The notes under the pieces are model-generated. The model was given only the letters and a program-made list of their open reading frames with translations, ran no database searches and had not been told where the DNA came from. The position numbers and the translations under genes were made by a program. A stretch of DNA of 63,601 bases, counting the filler, from Myxococcota bacterium (GTDB lineage Bacteria > Myxococcota_C > UBA6777), in NCBI GenBank assembly GCA_023150835.1. It is 3 parts of 3 records of this genome, joined end to end, with 100 filler letters (N's around TTAATTAATTAA, not from the genome) between each part and the next. Parts side by side here need not be neighbours in the genome. Positions count along the whole stretch, not along the records: positions 27,032 to 53,655 come from JAKLKB010000094.1; 2 more parts are not named here. One strand, 5' to 3'. Within the stretch, counting starts at the first letter, position 1. Each line of letters begins with the position of its first letter. This document shows positions 31,169 to 40,360 of the stretch, one piece after another.

Positions 31169-31293
31169 AACAAAGTCCGTGTTCGCTGTGCTTCAAGCGG
31201 CTGCGTCGTTTGATTGAAAAACGACTGTTCTCCCCATCAATACGGGGTCAAGGGAGCCGCGCTCCCTTGCGGGGTGTGGGGCAGCGCCCCACA
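31169..31293 (+). repeat. Dispersed ~125-bp multi-hairpin element, copy C
   Basis: GTGTTCGC..TTCAAGCG...TGAAAAAC...AATACGGGGTCAAGGGAGCCGCGCTCCCTTGCGGGGTGTGGGGCAGCGCCCCAC. Confidence 0.87.
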
Positions 31294-31362
31294 GGCGTTA
31301 GGCTAAGCGGAGGAAAGCCCCCCACCCCGCCCTCCCCCGTGAACAGGGGAGGGAGCGAAAGT

Positions 31363-31419
31363 CAAAACCATCCACCCACAAAACCATCCACCCACAAAAC
31401 CATCCACCCACAAAACCAT
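31363..31419. repeat. 16-bp tandem repeat, 3.5 copies
   Basis: Unit CAAAACCATCCACCCA, just downstream of the SirB1-like stop. Confidence 0.9.
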
Positions 31420-31440
31420 TCAAGAGCGCAAGTCCTGACA

Positions 31441-32310
31441 TCAATTCATCGAGTGTTTCTGATGATATAGCGATGTAAGATGGTACGTAGCGAGTTGTGC
31501 TTCTTTGGTGTTGGGGTAGCGTTGGGAAAGAAGTTCTGCGTCTTCGAGAGCTTGATCGATGTAGCCGAAGCGTTCGGCGATCTGCATACAAGCCATTAAA
31601 GCTGTCGGTTCGTGCGATGTCAGCGACCAAAGAAAGCGATGGATGCGATAAAAAGGGATCACCTCTTGTTGCTTTAAGTACGCATAACTCAGATTGCGCA
31701 AGATCCGCTCCAAGATATTGCGCGTGGGAGTGACATCAAGAAAGCGTTCCTCCCAGAAGGCCCGTCCGTGTGAGAGCGAGCGGAAACGCTCTTTGCATTC
31801 TTCACGAGACAGGATCTCTCCACCATGAAACGCATCAACAAAAACGCCCTTCTCTCCGCCCACCCGAACAAGAAAATGCCCCGGCATACCGACGCCTTCG
31901 ACACGAAAACCTGCGCGCTGCCCTACTTCCATCCACACCACCCCAAGCGATATCGGCAGCCCTCGACGGCGCAAGATCACACGCGAGATATAGCTATTTT
32001 GGGGCTGATGATACGACTCGGTGTCTCCTTGAAGATCCATCTCTTCGACCAACACGCGACGCAAGACTTCGGCTTGTGCATGGGGTTGAGCGCACTCCTC
32101 GGTCATCTGCACACGTTCTCCCCAAGCCGCAAGCTGTTCCAAACACACGGAACGATCCGAAGCATCGGCACGTTCCAAATACAACAACGCCTCAAGCAGT
32201 GCGTGTTGCAAAGTCGCCTTCAAAAACGACGCCAGCGCTTTATCGTCCGCTGGCGACCACAAGACATCTTCCGAGACTTCGCGGATCATCGGTTTTTCTT
32301 CCTTCGCCAT
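31441..32310 (-). CDS. SirB1 family (transglutaminase-like) protein with TPR tail
   Basis: GDTESY..PQNSY...V..RRRGLPISL, GVGMPGHFLV, VDAFHGG, RILRNL; start uncertain (32310 or 32289). Confidence 0.88.
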   Translation of the reverse strand: MAKEEKPMIREVSEDVLWSPADDKALASFLKATLQHALLEALLYLERADASDRSVCLEQLAAWGERVQMTEECAQPHAQAEVLRRVLVEEMDLQGDTESYHQPQNSYISRVILRRRGLPISLGVVWMEVGQRAGFRVEGVGMPGHFLVRVGGEKGVFVDAFHGGEILSREECKERFRSLSHGRAFWEERFLDVTPTRNILERILRNLSYAYLKQQEVIPFYRIHRFLWSLTSHEPTALMACMQIAERFGYIDQALEDAELLSQRYPNTKEAQLATYHLTSLYHQKHSMN

Positions 32311-32469
32311 CCTGCCAAAACAGCCACCCACACGCCACGACCCCAAAACGTTCACGCCAAAACGCTGGCCGTCTAAGCGCGATGTTTTCCTGCTTTTGTG
32401 ACGCGAAGACAAGCCACTTAGCCCACAGCACAGCAACATGGGATGCGACAAGACCGAAGACAAGGAACC

Positions 32470-32498
32470 TTGACAAAGCATTGCGCGCAAGGTATTCA
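32470..32498 (+). promoter_or_regulatory. Putative sigma70 promoter of the elb-like operon with a palindrome in the spacer
   Basis: TTGACA-N17-TATTCA; TTGCGCGCAA at 32481-32490. Confidence 0.45.
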
Positions 32499-32655
32499 CG
32501 CAACGAAATTTCGCTTCGGATGGAGGGCAAAACAGTTTGCTTTTCCCCGAAGGTTGGGCGATTTCATCAGGAACCATCAGAAGCGCCCTCTCATCCTGCG
32601 TGCGATGGATCGGGGGGAAAGCCGCGATCACAAGAGAAAGAAGAGAGAGCAGAGG

Positions 32656-33333
32656 ATGTCCGCAAGCTATTTTGACGTCGATGGGACGTTGGTTCGCACC
32701 AACCTGATCCACCCAACGCTGTATTACCTACGCGCCCAAGCCAACCCCATCAAATCCTTCAAAATGCTTGCACGCGCCTTTTCTCGCGGACCCGCGATGG
32801 CCCTTGCAGAACTTCGAGATCGGCGTCTGTTTAACGAGATGCTCTATGCCTCTTTTGAAGGCATGACCGAAGATCGTTTGCGCCTCTTTTCCGAAGAGAT
32901 CCACGAAGAGGTGTTAAAGCCACAACTTTACAAAGGTGCGCGAGATCTGATCCAGCGCAGCCTCGACAAAGGACACGAAGTCGTCCTTATATCGGGCGCT
33001 TTAGAAGTCGTACTCGAACACTTTGCCAAAGAAGTCGGCGCGCAGACGATCATCGCCAACCGCCTCGAAGTCAAAAACCACCGATTGACGGGAAAAATGT
33101 TGCGTCCAATTGTTGCAGGCCCAGAAAAGGCTCTCTTAATCCGACAACACGCAGCAGAAAAAGGATACGATCTCAACCACTGCAACGCGTATTCGGATTC
33201 TTACTCGGATGTGCCGATGCTGTCAGTGGTCGGTCACCCTGCCGCCGTCAATCCAGATGCAAAGCTCAAACAACTTGCGTTGGCCTACCAGTGGCCGATC
33301 GTTGATCTCGACGCAGGTAACGAGCGCAACTAA
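32656..33333 (+). CDS. HAD-IB family hydrolase (phosphoserine-phosphatase-like)
   Basis: FDVDGTL motif I, ISG motif II, YSDSYSD motif IV, VNPD. Confidence 0.92.
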   Translation: MSASYFDVDGTLVRTNLIHPTLYYLRAQANPIKSFKMLARAFSRGPAMALAELRDRRLFNEMLYASFEGMTEDRLRLFSEEIHEEVLKPQLYKGARDLIQRSLDKGHEVVLISGALEVVLEHFAKEVGAQTIIANRLEVKNHRLTGKMLRPIVAGPEKALLIRQHAAEKGYDLNHCNAYSDSYSDVPMLSVVGHPAAVNPDAKLKQLALAYQWPIVDLDAGNERN

Positions 33334-33416
33334 CCCTCTTCACTTCGGATCGATCGCCCTCCCCTCCTTGGAGGCTCGATCCCTGCAACGCGAATGTTGA
33401 AACAAGGCCAATCCCC

Positions 33417-34994
33417 ATGATCAATCACCCCTCTGTTTCTTATATCGACAACCACTCTGTTCCTCGTGTGATCTTCGCTGGGACACGCCTGATCGAAGTA
33501 GACCTTCCGGTTGGAACCCGCGTGATCTACCCCAATCCACCGCTTGAACCGCTCAAAGACGTCGATGCAGCCATCCGCTACGCGATCAACCACCCCCACA
33601 ACGCAGAGCCGTTGTATGCACGCTTAAAGCCCGGAATGAAGGTCTTTATCGCGGTCGACGATATCTCGCTCTCGCTGCCTCCGATGAAACAACCCGATGT
33701 GCGAGAGCGCATCTTACACATCGTTCTCGCCTTGCTTGCAGATTACGGCATCGACGATATCGAGATATGCGTCGCAACTTCGTTTCACCGCCGCATGACC
33801 GCTGCAGAAGTCCGTCACATGGTCGGAGACAAGATCTTCAAAGCATATTGGCCTGATCGGCTCTACAACCATGATGCCGAAGACAAGGACAATATGGAGT
33901 ACCTTGGAACAACCGATCATGGCGAAGAAGTCGAACTTAACAAACGCGCCGTTCAATCGGACTTGATCATCTACGTGAACCTCAACTTTGTGCCGATGGA
34001 TGGGGGACACAAATCGGTGAGCGTCGGTCTGTGCGGATACCGCAGCCTCAAAGCACACCACAATCCCAAAGTCATGCGCAAGTGCCATAGCTATATGGAC
34101 CCCGCCTCTTCCGAGCTCAACACCAGCGTCGAGCGGATGGGCAAACTCGCGAACAAACATCTCAATGTTTTTACGATCGAAACCACCGTCAATACGAAGA
34201 TGTTTGATGATCCGCTTTCCTTTTTGATGAAACAAGAAGACCGCTGGAACAGCGCCGAGCGCTTTGGATGCAAAGCGATGATCAAAACACTCGATGCCTT
34301 GCCTCAAATGGCGCGACAAAAGATCTTTGAGCGCGTCCACGCTCCCTACGGTGTGACGGGCGTTAACGCAGGCGAGACTGAGGCCACGCACAAAAAAACC
34401 CTCAAACGCGGCTTTGAACAGTTCTCCGTCCCCGTACAAGGACAGGCCGATATCTTGGTTTCAGGCATACCATACATCTCCCCTTACAACGTCAACGCCT
34501 ACCTCAATCCGCTGCTTGTGACGGTCATGGCCGAAGGCTACCTCTTTAATATGTACCGAGGAAAGCCGCTATTGAAAAAAGGCGGAACCATGATCATCAC
34601 CCACCCTTGTACAGACTACTTCGATCATGCGCAACACGCCCCATACATCGAGTTTGTCCACCGCCTACTCCCTCAAACACGCGATGCCATGAAGCTGCAT
34701 CACATGGAAGAAGACTTTGCTTCTAACCCCGCCTACATCGAGATGTATCGACGCGGACAAGCCTATCACCCCGCGCATCCGTTCTTTATGTGGTACTGGG
34801 GCGAAGCAGGACGCCAACACCGAGGCCGTGTGATCGTCGTAGGAGCCGACAATAGCTACATCCCGGAGCTACTTGGTTACGAAACAGCCAACAGCATGCA
34901 CGAAGCCCTTGAGATGGCCCAAGATACCGCGCCGCCCTCTCCACAGATCACACTACTCCACGTCCCGCCTATCTTGATCGCGGATGTGACCTGA
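33417..34994 (+). CDS. Lactate racemase (LarA/DUF2088) domain protein
   Basis: AINHP, VDD, HRRMT, YNHDA, LGTT..GEEVELN, GGHKS; context matches myxobacterial elb clusters. Confidence 0.85.
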   Translation: MINHPSVSYIDNHSVPRVIFAGTRLIEVDLPVGTRVIYPNPPLEPLKDVDAAIRYAINHPHNAEPLYARLKPGMKVFIAVDDISLSLPPMKQPDVRERILHIVLALLADYGIDDIEICVATSFHRRMTAAEVRHMVGDKIFKAYWPDRLYNHDAEDKDNMEYLGTTDHGEEVELNKRAVQSDLIIYVNLNFVPMDGGHKSVSVGLCGYRSLKAHHNPKVMRKCHSYMDPASSELNTSVERMGKLANKHLNVFTIETTVNTKMFDDPLSFLMKQEDRWNSAERFGCKAMIKTLDALPQMARQKIFERVHAPYGVTGVNAGETEATHKKTLKRGFEQFSVPVQGQADILVSGIPYISPYNVNAYLNPLLVTVMAEGYLFNMYRGKPLLKKGGTMIITHPCTDYFDHAQHAPYIEFVHRLLPQTRDAMKLHHMEEDFASNPAYIEMYRRGQAYHPAHPFFMWYWGEAGRQHRGRVIVVGADNSYIPELLGYETANSMHEALEMAQDTAPPSPQITLLHVPPILIADVT

Positions 34995-35184
34995 TCGACC
35001 TCGATCGTCGCAGATACGGCATGATCGACATCGAGCATCGCAGATGTGACCTGATCGACCTCAAGCATCGCAGATGTGACATGATCGACCTCAAGCATCG
35101 CAGATGTGACCTGATCGACCTTGAGCATCACAGATGTGACCTGATCGACCTTGAGCATCACAGATGTGACCTGATCGGCCTCGA
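34978..35184. repeat. 30-bp tandem repeat, about 7 copies; first copy is the end of the LarA-like gene
   Basis: Unit TCGCAGATGTGACCTGATCGACCTCAAGCA. Confidence 0.92.
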
Positions 35185-35273
35185 CGCAAAACCTCGCAAG
35201 CAGTCCCAACAACACACAAACAAGATACCTACGCCGCGCCCGACACAAGCGGCATTTGCTGACGGTGATTTCG

Positions 35274-38200
35274 ATGAAGACAAAACATAGCCAGCCTCTC
35301 CCCATCAAAACGACGCCCTCCACCCCGTCGTTCGAGCTTCAAAACAACGAAACCCTCGATGTAGAGGCAACGTTCCGAGGAAAAAACATCGTTGTCGTCG
35401 GAGGAACAGGCTTTTTGGGGAAAGTTTGGGTGTCGATGTTGCTTCATCGCTACCCTGATATCGGGCGTTTGTATCTGATGGTGCGCGCACGTCCTCATCT
35501 TTCCTCCGAGCAACGCTTTTGGCGCGAGATCGCCTCTTCCGAAGTCTTTCGGCCCCTACGCGAAAAGTACCAAGACAAAGCAGACGCTTTTCTCAAAGCA
35601 AAGATCCTCCCGATCGACGGCGATGTGTCGAAGCCCCGATGCGGGATCTCGCAAGAGCTTCAAGATGAACTACGCAGCCAAGCCCATGTCGTCGTGAACG
35701 TCGCGGGTGTTGTGGACTTCAATCCTCCCATCGACGAAGCCCTTCATGTCAACTGTTTTGGTGTGATCCACTTGATCGAACTGTGCCGAACGCTCGGCGA
35801 TCTGCCGCTTTTGCACACCAGCACTTGTTATGTCGCAGGCAACCGAGACGGCAATATCCCCGAGATCGATCCGCGCAGCTTTCCCTTCCCCTACTGCGAA
35901 AAGATCGACCCAACACACTGGGATCCCGAACGCGAGATCCAAGAAGGGCACCGGCTGACCGATCACGCAAAGCGCGAAGCCAGCGAGGCCTACCGTGAGT
36001 CCGAGTTTTTGACCACCGCCAAGGAAAACCTCAACCGCAAAGGCGAACCTTGCCGTGGTCCCGCACTTCAAGACGAGTTCGAACGCATCAAAAAGAAATT
36101 CATCGAAGAGATGCTCAGCGACGAAGGCGGAAAACGTGCGAATCACTGGGGCTGGACAAACACTTACACTTACAGCAAAAGCATCGGCGAACAGCTTTTG
36201 ATGCAATCAGGATTGCGCGCCACCATCGTTCGGCCTTCGATCGTCGAGTCTTGCGTCGAGTATCCTTTTCCCGGATGGAACGAAGGGATCAACACTTCTG
36301 CGCCGCTAATCTACATCATCGTGCATGGTGGAGCGACGATCTTCCCCGGTCGTTGGGACGTGATCCTCGATATCATCCCCAACGATATGGTCTGTGCAGG
36401 GATGATCTTTGCACTCGCTGCATTGATCGCCAACAAGCACAAGCCGGTCTATCAGTTGGCCTCAGGCGACACCAACCCTTTGATCATGAACCGCTCCATC
36501 GAATTATGCTCTCTTTACAAACATCGGATGCTGCGTAAAAAACCGCTGAGTAGTCCGCTACAACAGGCCATCCAATCCCTCTACGGTTCAGAAGGTGTGT
36601 CTGTCGATGATTTCGAGCGCTACGGGGTTCCCGCTTACAGTCGATGGGCCAAAGGGCTCTCCAAGATCACCCGAGAAGTCGGCAAGATCCCGGGTCTTGG
36701 CTTCTTGCGCGGTAGTGCAAAGCAGCTTGAACAAGCGTCGATCTCGTTGAAAAAGACGGCAGGGATCTTCAAAACGTTTATGCCGTTTATCTACGATCGG
36801 CGCTATCGTTTTGAAACCCGCAACACCCGAGAGCTTTATGCGATGCTCACACCACAAGATCGCGCCAAACTGCCTTGGACACCCGAAGCGATCGACTGGT
36901 ACAATTACTTTCTCGACACCCATATCCCCGGCCTCGAAAATTGGGTCCGCCCGCTGATCGAAGACAAGCTGCGCAAGACACTCAAGCCACTGCGCGCACA
37001 TGCCGATCTTGTCGCCATGATCGATGAAGTCGTAGACGATAACCCCTACGGTGTAGCCTTTCAAAAGCTCGTCGACGGGCGTCTCGAATCTGTGATGTAC
37101 CGAGAATTTCGCGCCAGCGCACGCCGCATCGCAGGGATGCTCCAAGCCGAAGGCATCACACGCGGCGATCGTGTCTTGCTTGCGGGAGCCAACAGCCCGA
37201 CGTGGCCGATCGCTTATTTTGGTATCCTTTACGCGGGAGCCACGGCTGTTCCGCTCGATCCCGACCTCGGAGCCGAACGCCTCCACACTCTCTTTCAATC
37301 TTCCAAAGCCCGCTTTGCGATCTGGGATCAAGCCTTTTATCGGGATGCTGGACACGTCCTCGTCGGAAATGGCGTGCAACCCGACCATCCGCCCGTCCCC
37401 TTCTTGCTTTTTGAAGATATCGAACAAAACAAACTTCCCGATCATCCTTACCAAGACGTGACGATCGATCCCGAAGATATCGCCAGCTTGATCTTTACCA
37501 GCGGCACAACGGGCCAGCCCAAGGGCGTGATGCTGACGCATACCAACTTCACCAAGATCCGCGCCTCCCTTGTTCCGCTGTTTCCGCTCAAACACCACGA
37601 CAGCGCCCTTTCTTTGTTGCCGCTCCATCACACCTTTGAGTTCACTTGCGGCCTCTTGCTTCCGCTCTCTTGCGGTGCGCGCATCACTTATCTCGAAGAA
37701 CTCAACGGCGACAACCTGATCACTGCACTCAAAGAAGCCCAAGTGACGGCTCTTGTCGGCGTTCCTGCCCTCTGGCAACTGCTCGCCAAACGCCTGCGTT
37801 CTCGCATCAAAGAACGTGGCGCTTTGCTCGAAAACCTATTTGACAACCTGCTCCAATTCAACCGCAGCATCGGAAAGATGACGGGGATCGATCTCGGAAA
37901 AACGCTGTTTGCCCCGATCCATGCGCAGCTTGGTGGACATCTGCGTTACTTGATCTCTGGCGGAGCAGCCCTGCCCAAAGAAACGCAAGAACTCTTTAAC
38001 GGCCTTGGTCTCCATCTTGCCGAAGGATACGGCCTGACCGAAGCCGCTCCTGTTCTCACCGTCGCCAAAGGCGGCCCCAACGAAAAGCTCGGACACGTCG
38101 GAAAACCCATCCCGGGCGTCGAAGTGCGCATCCACGATCCAAACAACGAAGGTATCGGCGAGATCATCGCACGCGGCCCAAACGTCATGGCTGGCTACGC

Positions 38201-40046
38201 CGACAATCCCGAAGCCACCGCTGCGGTCCTTGATCAAGACGGCTGGCTCCATACAGGCGACATCGGAAAGTTCGATCACAAGGGGCGTTTGACCATCGTG
38301 GGGCGTTCCAAAGAAGTGATCATCACCAGCAACGGAGAGAACGTCTATCCCGACGATCTCGAAGACATGATCGGCCTTCCTCGATCCATCAAAGAACTCG
38401 TCGTACTCGGCATCAGCGACGAGAGAAACACCGAAAAAGTTGCGATCATGGCCGTCCCTGCGTATGGAAAAGAAGCAGACGACCCATCGTTCACCTACGA
38501 ACAAGCCCTTCTCAAGGCCCGAACCGATCTCCATGACCGCTTCAAAAAACTGCCTTCTCACAGCCGCCCAAGCGTCATCCACTTCCAACCCGAAGCACTA
38601 CCGCGCACCGCCTCACGCAAAGTCAAGCGCAAAGAAGTCCGCGCATTGCTCGAAAAGATGGAGGCTCAACACGAGATCCAAGGCATCGAGACAACGGGCG
38701 AGATCTCCACGCAACTGATCAAAACGGTGGCGCGCCTCGCTGGCATCTCTTCGGAAAAGATCAAAGCAGAGACGCGCCTTGCTGCCGATCTCGGCCTTGA
38801 CTCCTTGATGATGGGTGAGCTCCACGCCGAACTGGAAAGGATGCTCGATCGCCGCATCAAAGCCGACGAACTCTCTTCTTACGAAACCATCGACGAGATC
38901 CAACGTTATCTTCAACGTACAGCAGGCGAACAGATCAGCCTCCACAACAGCGCCGATGTCTGGCTTGAAGAAGAGGCCGAAGACCACGACAAAAACACCA
39001 CGCCCCCGATCCTTCCCCGCGTCGTCCAAGACACCGTGAAAGATGTCCTACGCAACGTACAAGAAAGCTTTTACACAAGCGTCATGGACACCAAAGTGTA
39101 CGGACGCGCCAACATCCCGCACAACCGCCCCACCCTGATCGCAGCCAACCACGCAAGCCACCTTGATACGGGCCTTGTTCGCACAGCCCTCGGCTCCTAC
39201 GGCGATCAACTCGTCACTCTCGGCGCACAAGATTATTTCTTCAAAGACGATCTCCGCCGCTTCTACTTTGAAAACTTTACCAACGTCGTTCCCGTCGATC
39301 GCAAGGGCGGTTTTGACAAAAGCCTTGAGGCAGCTCGCAACGTCCTACGCGAGGGCAAGACGCTGTTGATCTTCCCCGAAGGAACCCGCAGCAAAGACGG
39401 CTCCATCGCTGCGTTTAAACCGGGCATCGGCTATCTCGCCCAAGAATTCGACCTCGATATCCTCCCGATCTACCTGAGCGGAACGTACCAAAGTATGCCC
39501 AAAGGCCGCGCCGTACCGACCAAACGCAAACTGCGTGCTTATATCGGCGCTCCCCTCGATATCGAACAACTCAAAGCCCTCGTCCAAGGTCGCGAGATCC
39601 CCGAAGCTTCGCGCATCCTTACACACATCATCCAAACGGCGATCGAACACTTGCGCGATAAAAAGCGCTTCGATCTCGCCGCCTACGAGATCCCCAAAAC
39701 CAAAGAAAAAGAAGACAAACCCGAAGATATCGTCCCTGCTCTGTTTGCTTACCTCAAAGATCGCTTTAACCAAAAAGAAGTCGAAGAACCTCTCTGCTTC
39801 TACTTCACCCTCGGCGAAGATGCCCAAAGCAAGTGGAGTATCGAGATCGGCAAACAAAGCTGCGCGATCCATCCCGGCAAACCCTCCCAAGGTGCCGCCG
39901 ATTGCGTCCTCAAGACCTCTCCCGAGATCTTCCGACAGATCGTCAAAGAGTCCTATGTTCCCGATCCCGATATGTTCTTTTCTGGACAGATCAAATCCAA
40001 CAATCCTTTCTTACTCCAACACTTCGTTCGGATCTTTAACCTGTAG
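35274..40046 (+). CDS. elbD: ElbD-like multifunctional enzyme: fatty acyl reductase, acyl-CoA synthetase/adenylation, ACP, PlsC acyltransferase, SCP2-like domain
   Basis: GGTGFLG, STCYV and YTYSK (FAR); FTSGTTGQPKG, YGLTE, TGDIG (AMP-binding); LGLDSL (Ppant Ser); NHASHLD and FPEGTRS (PlsC); C-terminal ADCVLKTS...FFSGQIK. Confidence 0.9.
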   Translation: MKTKHSQPLPIKTTPSTPSFELQNNETLDVEATFRGKNIVVVGGTGFLGKVWVSMLLHRYPDIGRLYLMVRARPHLSSEQRFWREIASSEVFRPLREKYQDKADAFLKAKILPIDGDVSKPRCGISQELQDELRSQAHVVVNVAGVVDFNPPIDEALHVNCFGVIHLIELCRTLGDLPLLHTSTCYVAGNRDGNIPEIDPRSFPFPYCEKIDPTHWDPEREIQEGHRLTDHAKREASEAYRESEFLTTAKENLNRKGEPCRGPALQDEFERIKKKFIEEMLSDEGGKRANHWGWTNTYTYSKSIGEQLLMQSGLRATIVRPSIVESCVEYPFPGWNEGINTSAPLIYIIVHGGATIFPGRWDVILDIIPNDMVCAGMIFALAALIANKHKPVYQLASGDTNPLIMNRSIELCSLYKHRMLRKKPLSSPLQQAIQSLYGSEGVSVDDFERYGVPAYSRWAKGLSKITREVGKIPGLGFLRGSAKQLEQASISLKKTAGIFKTFMPFIYDRRYRFETRNTRELYAMLTPQDRAKLPWTPEAIDWYNYFLDTHIPGLENWVRPLIEDKLRKTLKPLRAHADLVAMIDEVVDDNPYGVAFQKLVDGRLESVMYREFRASARRIAGMLQAEGITRGDRVLLAGANSPTWPIAYFGILYAGATAVPLDPDLGAERLHTLFQSSKARFAIWDQAFYRDAGHVLVGNGVQPDHPPVPFLLFEDIEQNKLPDHPYQDVTIDPEDIASLIFTSGTTGQPKGVMLTHTNFTKIRASLVPLFPLKHHDSALSLLPLHHTFEFTCGLLLPLSCGARITYLEELNGDNLITALKEAQVTALVGVPALWQLLAKRLRSRIKERGALLENLFDNLLQFNRSIGKMTGIDLGKTLFAPIHAQLGGHLRYLISGGAALPKETQELFNGLGLHLAEGYGLTEAAPVLTVAKGGPNEKLGHVGKPIPGVEVRIHDPNNEGIGEIIARGPNVMAGYADNPEATAAVLDQDGWLHTGDIGKFDHKGRLTIVGRSKEVIITSNGENVYPDDLEDMIGLPRSIKELVVLGISDERNTEKVAIMAVPAYGKEADDPSFTYEQALLKARTDLHDRFKKLPSHSRPSVIHFQPEALPRTASRKVKRKEVRALLEKMEAQHEIQGIETTGEISTQLIKTVARLAGISSEKIKAETRLAADLGLDSLMMGELHAELERMLDRRIKADELSSYETIDEIQRYLQRTAGEQISLHNSADVWLEEEAEDHDKNTTPPILPRVVQDTVKDVLRNVQESFYTSVMDTKVYGRANIPHNRPTLIAANHASHLDTGLVRTALGSYGDQLVTLGAQDYFFKDDLRRFYFENFTNVVPVDRKGGFDKSLEAARNVLREGKTLLIFPEGTRSKDGSIAAFKPGIGYLAQEFDLDILPIYLSGTYQSMPKGRAVPTKRKLRAYIGAPLDIEQLKALVQGREIPEASRILTHIIQTAIEHLRDKKRFDLAAYEIPKTKEKEDKPEDIVPALFAYLKDRFNQKEVEEPLCFYFTLGEDAQSKWSIEIGKQSCAIHPGKPSQGAADCVLKTSPEIFRQIVKESYVPDPDMFFSGQIKSNNPFLLQHFVRIFNL

Positions 40047-40071
40047 ATGGGACCTACACGATTGGGTTTGT

Positions 40072-40198
40072 TTTGCGGGGTTTGACCCCACACCCCACAA
40101 GGGAGCACGGCTCCCTTGACCCCGTGTTTGGCGAACAGAGCAAAGTTTTTCAACCCAGCAGCTCTGTCGCTTGAAGCGACACGAACACCGCTTTTTTG
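40072..40198 (-). repeat. Dispersed ~125-bp multi-hairpin element, copy D
   Basis: Reverse complement GTGTTCGTG..TTCAAGCG...TGAAAAAC...GGGGTCAAGGGAGCCGTGCTCCCTTGTGGGGTGTGGGGTCAAACCCCGC. Confidence 0.87.
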
Positions 40199-40215
40199 AT
40201 AGTTGCGTCACTCCT

Positions 40216-40333
40216 ATAGGACTTACGCAGCTCGATACGAAAAAGGCCCATGTTCGGGCGCGGGCGGTTCGCGAACCGCCCCTACAACGGGTTGATTCTT
40301 CACGCTTTCCCTCTTCCACTGCGTAACTCCTAT
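40216..40333. mobile_element. Candidate 118-bp MITE-like element with 15-bp terminal inverted repeats enclosing a GTAG-type REP
   Basis: ATAGGACTTACGCAG ... CTGCGTAACTCCTAT (1 mismatch); internal GGGCGGTTCGCGAACCGCCCCTAC at 40262-40285. Confidence 0.5.
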
Positions 40334-40360
40334 CCTACTGTAAAGAAAGGGATACGACGG

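Noticed and set aside
35274-40046. NRPS or carboxylic acid reductase
   Set aside because: No condensation domain; the reductase is N-terminal and FAR-type and a PlsC domain follows the ACP, which fits ElbD
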